64,000 bases of DNA from Chiloscyllium plagiosum (taxonomy: Eukaryota), in assembly GCF_004010195.1 (NCBI RefSeq), contig NC_057718.1, positions 15,307,407 through 15,371,406 of the forward strand, read 5' to 3'. The stretch's first letter is position 1; every line of letters begins with the position of its first letter. Positions 1 to 9,984 of this stretch are shown in pieces. Both the position numbers and the translations under genes were made by a program. The notes beneath the pieces were generated by a model. It did not search any database, had not been told where the DNA came from, and saw only the letters and a list, made by a program, of their open reading frames with translations.

Positions 1-647
1 AAAGATTTTGGGAATGGAGATTAGGTTGGACTCAGTGTCTCTACTTTTGAGCTCTCCAAATTTCCCCTCTCTAGATGCATACGGGAGGAAATTATTGACT
101 ATCCTTTCCTTTTGCGCAAGGAAAAACATCTTAGTAAATTGGGTATCTGACAGTCCCCCTGGACTTTCGAATTTGCATAGGATACTTATGGAATATATCC
201 CTCCGGACTTCCTTACGAATATGGTGCACCAAAAAACAGAATTATTTTATAGAACATGGCAGCCCTTTTTGAACTACATTGATGCAGATATATCGGTCAT
301 ATTGTTTAGGGCCTTTGCTTAGCCGTGGGGATGGTTTTGGCTCGTTCAGGGGCTCCCGGAGGAAGAATCCCACATAAATACGGGTTTTGTTATGACTTGA
401 TATAAATTTATTTTGAATGTGTATCTAGTTATTTATTTACTTATTTATTTTCTCCTTTTTTTGGTTATTGTTAGTAATGTATGATATCCTATTTTGTGTT
501 TTGGTAGTTTGTAGAATAGATTAGTAGTAGTTAGTTTTCTTAATTTTATATTGATGTTGTTATTATATTGTAAAGTGGAATACACTATTTTGTACTAATT
601 TTGTAACTTTGTAGAAAATCTCAAAAATCTTTTTTTCATAAAAAAAG
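1..647 (+). mobile_element. 3' end of an L1/Tx1-clade LINE (ORF2 C-terminus, AT-rich 3' UTR, short poly-A)
   Basis: ORF 8-322 ends ...ARKNILVNW...FYRTWQPFLNYI, resembling fish-type L1 ORF2 C-termini. A T-rich UTR follows, with an A-run at about 640-647. Confidence 0.65.
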
Positions 648-679
648 ATTTGTAGTCACCCATTTAAAACAGTGATTAG

Positions 680-1170
680 ATGAATAGTTTTTTTTCTCCT
701 GTAAGAGGAAACATGTTCTGCACATCTGTCCTGTTGAGATCCTTCACATTTCAAACAAGTCACCTTTTACTCTTAAATTCCAGCAGATACAAAACTAGTC
801 TGTCCAAGCTTTCCTTACGGTACATTCCATTCATTCTGGGTATGTATTTTGAAAACCTTCTCTGAGCTTACAGCAAATACATACATCCTCCCTTAAATAA
901 AGTGACCAATTTGCACAGCACACCAGATGTCGTCTCATTAATGCCCCATATAGCCAAAGCATAATTTCCCTCCTTTTGTACTTAATTCCCCTTACAATAA
1001 ATATTCACATTTTGTTAATTTTCCTAATTATTTAATGAACCTGCTAACTAACCTTTTGCCATTCATGCCTGAGTACACTTCAATCCCTGTGAATACCAGA
1101 GCTCTGCATCATTTATCATTTAGGTAACATGCTTCTTTTTTATTCTTCCGGTCAAAATGGACAATCTTCC
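680..1170 (-). mobile_element. Degenerate CR1-clade LINE fragment
   Basis: Similar to the other CR1 copies in the window (ccaccttttactcttaaattcc..., gtgaccaattgcacagcacaccagatg...). Confidence 0.6.
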
Positions 1171-1275
1171 TATTAAAACACCCTTCTGCTCCCTGATCCA
1201 CCCATTCATTACTTTTCTCAATCATTTCTTCCCTCCCTAACCCTCCTGCTCCTTGCTTCTTTGGAGACGTGTGGC

Positions 1276-1872
1276 TGTCACAATGTTGGTATTTTTATAA
1301 GGTTACTATACTCTTGAGGTTTTCTCCAGAGAGGGGGTAATTGGCCAGGCTCCAACTGGGCTGGGTTTAAAAGGTTTATTGGGCCCCTTTTGTTTATCCT
1401 TAACAGGTAATGCCTCTGGCCTAAGGTTTTCATGTCTTAAAAAAGGTATAATCAAAGGGGAGTGGCCAGCTAACTGTGTAACTGGCCTTCCTTTAGAGCT
1501 TTTAATTCAGTTTAGCAGCAGTGTTTGTGAAGAAAGGCTGCTGGGGAAAGTCCAACTGGGTACTCTCTCTCTAACGTCAAGCCTGTATGCTCTGGTTTAT
1601 TTCATTTTTACTGTTTGTGCTAAGGGATGTGTTTATTGGGACTGTTGCAAGTATTTCCGGAACAACATCAGTAATAAGTTATCCGGTATTCTATTTTCTG
1701 TTCTTTATGCTTCATTCCGTAATTTTGTAAATAAATTCTGTTTGTTTGAAACTTGGCAGTTGAATCAGCTAATTCACTCCGAGAATATCCACTGTACACT
1801 CACCTAAAACAAAGTTACAGTCCGGGCTACCTGCTTAAAAATATTTTGAGAGGTCGGTCCTGGTCCATAACA
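1276..1872 (+). mobile_element. Probable solo LTR (TG...CA)
   Basis: Begins TGTCACA and ends CATAACA. Flanks GTGGC/GTAGC are a candidate 5-bp TSD with 1 mismatch. AATAAA at 1730-1735. The 3' end (GTCCATAACA-like) recurs at about 14785 and 59046. Confidence 0.6.
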
Positions 1873-2019
1873 GTAGCGAAAGTGAGAAAGTGCAGGAGAA
1901 GAGCTGCAAGTGAGAGAATTTGGAAGAGAAGCAGTGAGCAGTGGCAATTGTAACCTGAGTGTCAGCAAATAACTTAGAAGCAGTAAGTGGGGGGGTTAAT
2001 GAGTAGGACTGCACAAAAC

Positions 2020-2947
2020 ACACCAGATGACCTCCTTCTTTAGAGACCGCAATTTCCATTCCCACGTGGTTAAAGATGCCCTCCAACGCATCTCGTCCAC
2101 ATTTCACACCTCCGCCCTCAGAACCCAATCCTCCAACCGTAACAAGGACAGAACGCCCCTGGTGCTCACCTTCCACCCGACCAACCTTCGCATAAACCAA
2201 ATTATCTGCCTACATTTCCGCCACCTCCAAACAGACCCCACCACCAGGGATATATTTCCCTCCCCACCCCTTTCCGCCTTCCGCAAAGACCATTCCCTTT
2301 GTGACTACCTGGTCAGGTCCACGCCCCCCTAAAACCACCCTCCCATCCTGGCACTTTCCCCTGCCACTGCAGGAACTGTAAAACCTGCGCCCACACCTCC
2401 TCGCTCACCTCTATCCAAGGCCTAAAGGAGCCTTCACATCCATCAAAGTTTTACCTGCACATCCACTAATATCATTTATTGTATCCGTTGCTCCCGCTGC
2501 GGTCTCCTCTACATTGGGGAGACTGGACACCTCCTAGCAGAGCGCTTTAGGGAACATCTCCGGGACACCCGCACCAATCAACCACACCGCCCCATGGCCC
2601 AACATTTCAACTCCCCCTCCCACTCTGCCGANNNNNNNNNNNNNNNNNNNNNNNNNNNNNNNNNNNNNNNNNNNNNNNNNNNNNNNNNNNNNNNNNNNNN
2701 NNNNNNNNNNNNNNNNNNNNNNNNNNNNNNNNNNNNNNNNNNNNNNNNNNNNNNNNNNNNNNNNNNACCCCCACCCTCCTCTAGCTTATCTCTCCACACT
2801 TCAGGCTCTCTGCCTTTATTCCTGATGAAGGGCTTTTGCCCGAAACGTCAATTTCACTGCTTCTTGGATGCTGCCTGAACTGCTGTGTTCTTCCAGCACC
2901 ACTAATCCAGAATCAGGTTTCCAGCATCTGCAGTCATTGTTTTTACC
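2020..2947 (+). mobile_element. Penelope-like element (family A), 3' part with GIY-YIG endonuclease and terminal repeat; contains N gap 2632-2766
   Basis: Translates as RTPLVLTFHP...LVRS, then CRNCKTC...IYCIRCSRCGLLYIGETG...RFREH (GIY-YIG). The terminal repeat contains CTGATGA...GAAACGTC. Confidence 0.85.
2818..2853 (+). ncRNA. Minimal type-I hammerhead ribozyme motif (PLE family A)
   Basis: CTGATGA-A-GGGC-TTTT-GCCC-GAAAC-GTC: conserved core boxes, 4-bp helix II, palindromic ACGT helix III. Confidence 0.6.
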
Positions 2948-3365
2948 AGTAGGGGTGTTGTCAGTCTTTGGACTACTGTTTTGTTGATTTATATTAATGA
3001 GCTATTTTTAGGTGTTTTTGGCACAATTTCAAAATCTGCAGATGATAAGAAACTTGGAAGTACTTTGAACTGTGATGACAACAGTGAAAAACCTCACAAC
3101 AGACAGGGTTTTAAAAATTTATTCAGGCGACGTGGGCTTCTCTGGTTAGGCATCTATTCCAAACTACCCTTGAGAAGGTGGAATAGAGCTGCCTTCTTAA
3201 ACCGCTGCTGCCCATTTGGTGTAAGTAGGCCACAAAGCTATTAGGATGGGAGATCCATGATTTTGCCCCGAGCGACAGAGTCTGACAGTTTTTTACATAG
3301 AAAAAAAGGTCCTTCAACCTGTCACGTCTGCACCAGTCGTTGAAGGATTGGCGACGTATTTCCAA

Positions 3366-3536
3366 GCTGAAAATGTGTTGCTGGAAAAGCCCAGCAGGTC
3401 AGGCAGCATCCAAGGAGCAGGAGAATCGACGATTCTCCTGCTCCTTGGATGCTGCCTGACCTGCTGCGCTTTTCCAGCAACACATTTTCAGCTCTGATCT
3501 CCAGCATCTGCAGTCCTCACTTTCTCCTAGAAGATA
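3366..3536. mobile_element. Head-to-head (palindromic) PLE family A terminal-repeat fragment inserted in an older LINE fragment
   Basis: 64-bp arms at 3365-3428 and 3430-3493 with 1 mismatch. Direct repeat TATTTCCAA at 3357-3365 and 3537-3545. Confidence 0.85.
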
Positions 3537-3839
3537 TATTTCCAAATCAGGATGACGAGACCCATTGAGGTAAACTTGCAGGAAATGTTGTTTTCATATA
3601 CAGTATCTGCTTCAATACTCCTTCCAAATGGTAGTGGTTATGGGTTTGTAAGGTGCAGCCAAAGAAGTCATGGTGAATTTCTGAAGTGCATCGAAACATT
3701 TGGCAAATGAAACTAATGCAGAAAAGTGTAGCTTGGAGGATAACCATCAGAAAATAAAGAATACAATTCTAAAGTGGGCATAAAAGCAGAAACCTGCGGC
3801 GACATGTGTAGGAATCATCAGATTGGGTCAGGAGGTTGC

Positions 3840-3851
3840 TGCGCATGCGCA
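3840..3851. promoter_or_regulatory. Perfect NRF1 palindrome TGCGCATGCGCA
   Basis: Exact consensus inside a small CpG-rich patch (about 3795-3945). A second degenerate site, GCACATGCGC, lies at about 3885. NRF1 is an established regulator of mammalian TFB2M. Confidence 0.65.
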
Positions 3852-3945
3852 CCGCTAACCATTTGTCTGGCCGGGTCCGTGAGTGCACATGCGCTGCCTA
3901 AATCTTCCCGAATGTTCGTCAGCAGTGGGCTGGATCAGAGTCGAG

Positions 3946-5220
3946 GAGAAAGTGAGGTCTGCAGATGCTGGAGATCAGAGATGGAAATGTGTTGCTGGAA
4001 AAGCGCAGCAGGTCAGGCAGCATCTAGGGAACAGGAGAATCGACGTTTCGGGCATTAGCCCTTCTTCAGGAATGAGGAAAGTTGGTCCAGCAGGCTAAGA
4101 TAAAAGATAGGGAGGAGGGACTTGGGGGAGGGGCGTCGGAAATAGGTCTGAAGAGCTTCTGTGCAGAGGAGATGACCTGGGGGGTGCAGTGAGAGAGGGA
4201 CTCACTGAAACCTTTGTAGAGGGAGAAAGAGAGCTCCTTCAAGGAAGGCATCCTTGTAAGAGGATTCGCAGTAGGTTGAAATCTTTGAGGAGAAAGTGAG
4301 GTCTGCAGATGCTGGAGATCAGAGATGGAAATGTGTTGCTGGAAAAGCGCAGCAGGTCAGGCAGCATCTAGGCAACAGGAGAATCGACGTTTCGGGCATT
4401 AGCCCATNNNNNNNNNNNNNNNNNNNNNNNNNNNNNNNNNNNNNNNNNNNNNNNNNNNNNNNNNNNNNNNNNNNNNNNNNNNNNNNNNNNNNNNNNNNNN
4501 NNNNNNNNNNNNNNNNNNNNNNNNNNNNNNNNNNNNNNNNNNNNNNNNNNNNNNNNNNNNNNNNNNNNNNNNNNNNNNNNNNNNNNNNNNNNNNNNNNNN
4601 NNNNNNNNNNNNNNNNNNNNNNNNNNNNNNNNNNNNNNNNNNNNNNNNNNNNNNNNNNNNNNNNNNNNNNNNNNNNNNNNNNNNNNNNNNNNNNNNNNNN
4701 NNNNNNNNNNNNNNNNNNNNNNNNNNNNNNNNNNNNNNNNNNNNNNNNNNNNNNNNNNNNNNNNNNNNNNNNNNNNNNNNNNNNNNNNNNNNNNNNNNNN
4801 NNNNNNNNNNNNNNNNNNNNNNNNNNNNNNNNNNNNNNNNNNNNNNNNNNNNNNNNNNNNNNNNNNNNNNNNNNNNNNNNNNNNNNNNNNNNNNNNNNNN
4901 NNNNNNNNNNNNNNNNNNNNNNNNNNNNNNNNNNNNNNNNNNNNNNNNNNNNNNNNNNNNNNNNNNNNNNNNNNNNNNNNNNNNNNNNNNNNNNNNNNNN
5001 NNNNNNNNNNNNNNNNNNNNNNNNNNNNNNNNNNNNNNNNNNNNNNNNNNNNNNNNNNNNNNNNNNNNNNNNNNNNNNNNNNNNNNNNNNNNNNNNNNNN
5101 NNNNNNNNNNNNNNNNNNNNNNNNNNNNNNNNNNNNNNNNNNNNNNNNNNNNNNGCCAGTGTAGTTGCGGAAGATGGATTGTTCCACATACCCTACGAAG
5201 AGGCAGGCATAGCTGGGGCC
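3946..5220 (-). mobile_element. Penelope-like element (family A) with tandem terminal repeats; N gap 4408-5154
   Basis: Near-identical direct repeats start at 3943 and 4287. RT peptide LGPSYACLFVGYVEQSIF on the - strand at about 5155-5220. 10-bp flanking duplication CAGAGTCGAG at 3936-3945 and 5221-5230. Confidence 0.85.
4038..4073 (-). ncRNA. Minimal hammerhead ribozyme motif (PLE family A), core intact
   Basis: The minus strand reads ATTC-CTGAAGA-A-GGGC-TAAT-GCCC-GAAAC-GTC-GATT. Confidence 0.6.
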
Positions 5221-5315
5221 CAGAGTCGAGATTAGAGTGGTGCTGCAAAAGCACAGCCTGTTAGGCAGCATCCGAGAAGCAAGAGAGTCGATGTTTCGGA
5301 CAAAAGCATTTCCCA
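5221..5315 (-). mobile_element. Short older PLE terminal-repeat fragment that received the 3946-5220 insertion
   Basis: agagtggtgctgcaaaagcacagc...gatgtttcgg matches the family A terminal repeat. Confidence 0.7.
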
Positions 5316-5329
5316 TCTTCCATTCCCTA

Positions 5330-5750
5330 CTTCCTTTCTCCCCGTCAGGCCGGAATTGAAGGTGTGTTTGAAACAAATAACGGTCACTTACCGAAAAAGG
5401 TCCGGAACGGAGGCTTGAGCGTTGCCAGGGCCAACGGTCGGGAATGACATCACCCGACGTGTTGACGTATAAGGACTTGCTGACGCGATGACGCGTTCGG
5501 TGACGCGGGGTTCAATGTCACGATGGCGGCGGCATGGATGAGAAACGCAGAATGTTGAGCAGCATCTGCCAGACGAACAAGAGCGTTGGTTGAACCCATT
5601 CTACAGCTTCGGGTATTTCGTTTCCCTTCCCGATCAGGTCGGGCATCCCGATGCGTCTCTCTCCGCAATGCAAACCTGTCCATGCGGAGAGACCATGAGA
5701 TGTGGATTTCCTAACAGCAGCAACGTGCGATGTCTTGGCGTTGCCCCCCC
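5330..5750 (+). promoter_or_regulatory. TFB2M: CpG island: probable TFB2M core promoter and non-coding first exon
   Basis: High CpG density. CCGGAA (ETS-like) at 5350 and 5402, a cluster of TGACG half-CRE sites at 5463-5505 and a YY1-type GATGGCGGC at 5522. It lies about 2 kb upstream of a first coding exon that begins at a splice acceptor. Confidence 0.7.
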
Positions 5751-5842
5751 CCCCATAGACCCAGACAACTAATGTTACTGAGGGAGACTGCTCTCGCTCC
5801 TAAATGACGGATGGTTAGGACAGAGTGGACTCTTTGTGCCTG

Positions 5843-5931
5843 GGTTAGTGGTGCTGGAAGAGCACAGCAGTTCAGGCAGCATCCGAGGAGCAGTAAAATC
5901 GACGTTGCGGGCAAAAGCCCTTCGTCAGGGA
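5843..5931 (-). mobile_element. Short PLE family A terminal-repeat fragment (hammerhead GAAA mutated to GCAA)
   Basis: tagtggtgctggaagagcacagcagttcaggcagcatcc...cgacgttgcgggcaaaagcccttcgtcagg. Confidence 0.75.
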
Positions 5932-6081
5932 TACTCTTTCTTTCTGCCCACTACCGAAATATTCGTTAATATTGCGAAAATTCCGTATTCAGTCCTTTGT
6001 AGGTGCAGTGAATTCCAATTTGTAACCAATCAGTGAGGTTAGCCGTGAAAACGTTAAATGAGCACTCGCGTGCATTAATAC

Positions 6082-6294
6082 TTTTTTTTAATTTCAAAAA
6101 TATACTTTATTTGTAAAATAATTTGATGGTCTGTACAGTTGGTCATGCCATACATATGTAAACATGTACATACAGAGATCAGAATTTATCATTTTTATAC
6201 AGGTCTGTACATTTTTTAATCATATGCCCATATGATTAGCTGAGGCGTCAGCAGAGCCCAAATGACTGCGTGGGCCCCCTGTTCTTCTTGTAAT
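6082..6294 (-). mobile_element. 5'-truncated poly-A retroposed insertion (probably an L1/Tx1 3' end) with a 20-bp TSD
   Basis: GCACTCGCGTGCATTAATAC at 6062-6081 and 6295-6314. A T-tract at the left end and AATAAA on the - strand. Confidence 0.85.
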
Positions 6295-7772
6295 GCACTC
6301 GCGTGCATTAATACAGCCACCTGAGTGAGCAGAATTCCGATATTTGATTTTATTTATATTGCTCAAACGGTCTTAATAAGGTTTGAATTGATGTTCAAAC
6401 TGTGGATTACTAATCTATGATCATCATCAGTACCAATGGATTCTTGTATTTTGGTTTGCATTCCATTAATCTGAAGTGGTATTGATACATCTGTAGTTCA
6501 ATTTTTTTGCTGCTTTATGCTTTTTGTAAGCCTGGCGTATTTGTATGTTAATGATGTGGCTACGCTGTTGGCGTTTGTGCCATTTTAATATATTCTTGTC
6601 AGTTCCAGTGAGTAATGGCCAAACTTGTTAAATCTTTCCTTTTTCAGATAAACACTTCATCCCAGAAATTAGTAGTGTGAAACTTAACTGCTTCTAAAAA
6701 TTATTTCCTCTTTCAAACAGAGGCAAAAACTATTCACCAGACTGGGTGGTCACACGAAGGCCTAATGGTCCAAAGCCACTGCAGTGCAACCTAAGTAGAA
6801 GGAAATAAGTTTTTTTAAAGAAAGGGTGGGATAACTGGCTTCCCTAATAAAAACATTGTTCTCATTAGCTTTTTGAATTCAAACAATACAGAGCAATTTA
6901 ATCTCTTCGGAGAAATGTCAAATTCAATGTATTGACCATGTGTCTTTCACGAGTAATTTTCTCTCAAACCCAAAGACAGGTAATCAAACAACCTGACATA
7001 AACATGCTAGTTGTCATTCATGGCATTTTCACCACTGAATGTTGAACTTGAAAATTATTCAGCTGTAGCTTTGAATATTTGGATTATATTTGTCTTAGTA
7101 TTACTGTAAATGATACAAACTTTGATATTAGAAAGGGAAATAGCCCAGCCAACATTGCCATCCACTGTCCTCTTTCAAAGAGCTTTTTCATATTCAGCAT
7201 CTATGAATGATTTTTCATCTGTAGTTGACTGAAATTATTACTTCGCACACAAGTCACAGCCTGTAAATAAATGAATCACCTCAGATTAAACTTTGGGAGA
7301 ACGTAAGAATGCAAGAAATATCGATTTTGTTAACCATGTTTTCTAAAAGCCATCATGAATGTTGTTTGAAATATCATGTTTATGGAAGCTAATAATGCAG
7401 AATGGTCAAGGCGTTGTCTGCATTGAAGTTTTATTTAAATCAATGAGTACAGTTAACTTTCATTCTTTTGTGAGTTAAAGGCAGACAGAATTAGACATTG
7501 ATTTTGCTATTCAGCAACATCTTTTAAGTATGAGTATGCAGTGGTTTGCGTTCTATTCTTCTCTCAGTTAAGTCTTTTGAGACTGTCTAATCTAGTGTCA
7601 GGGTAGTACCCATTTGTGACAAGTGTGATTTGAAATCTTCACCCACAATGATGTGAAATATAATTTTGACTTTAATAATATGGTTACATTTGTATATGAT
7701 GCATATGGTAGATATATATTTGATTTCATCTAAAATTTTAATAATTTCCATTTGTTTTAGGTAACAAGCAAA

Positions 7773-8196
7773 ATGGCATTATTAAAGTACAAGACTATGT
7801 TTTTCACTGTAAGGACTGTTACCTGTAGAGCATGTGGTTGTTTGCAACAAGTACAGCATTTACTAAAAACTTATTCGCATGACACAAGATTTCTTGAGCG
7901 TCTCCCACCAAAAAATCAGTCTCCACTCAAGCTGGCAGAATATTCGACCTATTGTGGCAGGACAGATCGATATTTGTCTGCAGTTGCCTGTTCAGTACTC
8001 AGAAAAGAACAGCAGAGGCCAATATCCAGGGTTGACTTTCTGGACATGGAAGACATTGAAGAACTAACAATCAAGGCAGAGAGGAGTAGATATTTGAGAA
8101 GATTTGTTCTGAATTCTGACCTGGCAAATCTAATTGTGGAACGTCTTGATAGAGACCTATCTGAAGATAATGCCATAATTTTTGAATGCAATCCAG
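7773..8196 (+). CDS. TFB2M: TFB2M coding exon 1 (exon starts 7761 after acceptor tttgttttag; N-terminal targeting-like region through IIFECNP)
   Basis: ...RYLRRFVLNSDLANLIVERL...IIFECNPG matches the TFB2M SAM-binding motif (human LLECNPGPG). Donor CCAG|GTTGG at 8197; 424 nt, phase 1. Confidence 0.92.
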
Positions 8197-8280
8197 GTTG
8201 GTCTACTTTCTTTTTGAATCTGTTAGCATTTTAAGAATCTTTCCCTTTCCTTGATGAGTTTGGTTTTATTGCATTCTTAG

Positions 8281-8372
8281 GGCCTGGCGTTTTGACACGT
8301 GCGCTGCTGAATGGTGGAGCACAGAGAGTGGTGTCTTTGGAGGGTGACAAGCAGTTTCTCCCTGCATTGCAG
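8281..8372 (+). CDS. TFB2M: TFB2M coding exon 2
   Basis: [31 protein letters not shown]; ttag| and |gtatat; preceded by an 84-nt intron; frame consistent. Confidence 0.95.
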
Positions 8373-9545
8373 GTATATTTGTAATTAATCTTGTTTACTT
8401 GATCAGAGTTAATTGATTTTGAGACTGAGCATTTCACAATTTTGTGTGTGCGATACATGGGGGAAATGCATGGAACTTGCCTTTAGATGGACAAATGAAT
8501 TGGAATGCTGACTCCTCCTCGATTCCTGATTTTGGTTTTTATGTAGAAAAATGAATTAAGATCATGCTTTTCCCTGGGTGCAAGGGCAAAGTGATCCTAA
8601 TTTTCTAGAACATTTCAGTGCTGTTCCCTTAGTCAGAAAATTATTACCTCTATCTTCAGCTTATTCATTCTGCTGTACAGCCATGTTACAAAGAATTATT
8701 GTCTAAATTACCATGAAAGTCAATTCTCTTCATCCTGCATGTCCTGTTTTAAAATGAAGTATTCTTGTGTCAGTATTTACACTCCATGTCCAATTGTGGG
8801 TCTTTTCATACCAGAACCTACTCAGCCAACCCTATGTAGCTTTCAGTTAAGCCAGAACTTTGCCTGAAAATGGGAATGTTGTGGACATCATCTCCAAGTC
8901 ACACTCAAGACTTGGGAATAAGCCATTAAGGTTTTGGCTAATCTGGTTGTGATCTCAACTCAAATTTCATATTTGGCACCCATAACCATTCACAATCAAA
9001 ACTGTTAACACTATTTCGAATTAATTCGTGACCCAGCCTCCAGTGCTTTCTGGAGAAGAGAATTCCCCTTGTTTATAACCTTCAGATAATCTCAGATTCT
9101 GCTTTGAAAAGAGACCTCTATGAAATTCATTGCCACAGAAGACTGTGGAGGCCAGGTCATTGAGTATATTTAAGATTGAGATAGGTTCTTGAGTATCAAG
9201 CTGTCAAGGGTTACGGGGAGAAAGCAGGTGAATAGGGTTGAGAAACTCATGAGCCATGATTGAATGGTGGAGCAGACTTGATGGACTGAATGGTCTAATT
9301 TCTGCTCCAATGTCTTATTCTTTGACAGTGACCCTTATTTTAAGTGTCTCTTTCCCCCACAAAAAAAACAAAAGCAAGTGTTCTTTTGGCATACAATCTC
9401 TCAAGTCCCTTCAGCGTCTTTCAATAAGATCGCTTCCCATTCATATAAACGCCAGTGGATACTGGTCCAACCTGTTCACCCAGTCGTCTTAAGACAAGCC
9501 CTTCAGTCCAGCAATGAGACTGCGTTTTTAAACGGGGAGACCAAA

Positions 9546-9947
9546 GTTTGTGAGAAGATTTGTAGCTCGGGTGCTCATTGTTGTGGTTCTGTTCGACCAG
9601 CTATCCTTAGTAGCCACACACGCAGATGACAAGCAACATGAATTCGACTGGGACAACACTACTATTATAGGACAAGCCAAACAGAGAACAGCCAGGGAAT
9701 TCCTAGAGGAATGGCACTCATCCACAGATTCAATCAATAAGCACATCGATCTGGACCCAATATACCGGCCACTGCAACGTACAGCTGGAACTGACAACCG
9801 GAAGCGACAGATTCAAACTACTACAAATGCTGGAGGAAAGATCACAGAAGCACTTCACAGGAGGCTCCCTGGCACTGAGGATGTCACCGAGACAGGGGAC
9901 GAAATGTCTTCAACACAAATTCCCAGCTTGGCGAACAGAACCACAAC
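9546..9947 (+). mobile_element. Penelope-like element (family B), 3' fragment with an inverted 5' piece, inserted in a CR1 fragment
   Basis: HEFDWDNTTIIGQAKQRTAREFLE(E)WHS is a GIY-YIG C-terminus. 15-bp TSD AACGGGGAGACCAAA at 9531-9545 and 9948-9962. Hammerhead-like CTGAGGA...GAAATGTC at 9875-9908. Confidence 0.88.
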
Positions 9948-9984
9948 AACGGGGAGACCAAAACTATCCTTCGTTTCAATTTTT

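Noticed and set aside
4296..5376. Long ORFs of 270-340 aa here, and similar X-filled ORFs at 28115-28759 and 52913-53984
   Set aside because: They are artefacts of translating through N gaps (2632-2766, 4408-5154, 28167-28518, 52973-53922).
5380..5400. Minus-strand splice donor (CG|GTAAAG) for a divergent gene from the TFB2M island
   Set aside because: The donor is weak and there is no recognisable - strand exon in 1-5300; not supportable from this window.
7751..7766. AG|GTAACA as a recursive or zero-length splice site
   Set aside because: The donor match is weak, and the downstream sequence is required coding exon.
8197..8234. ORF-track extension of TFB2M exon 1 (WSTFFLNLLAF*)
   Set aside because: It reads into the 84-nt intron; splicing 8196 to 8281 restores the conserved ECNPGPG motif.
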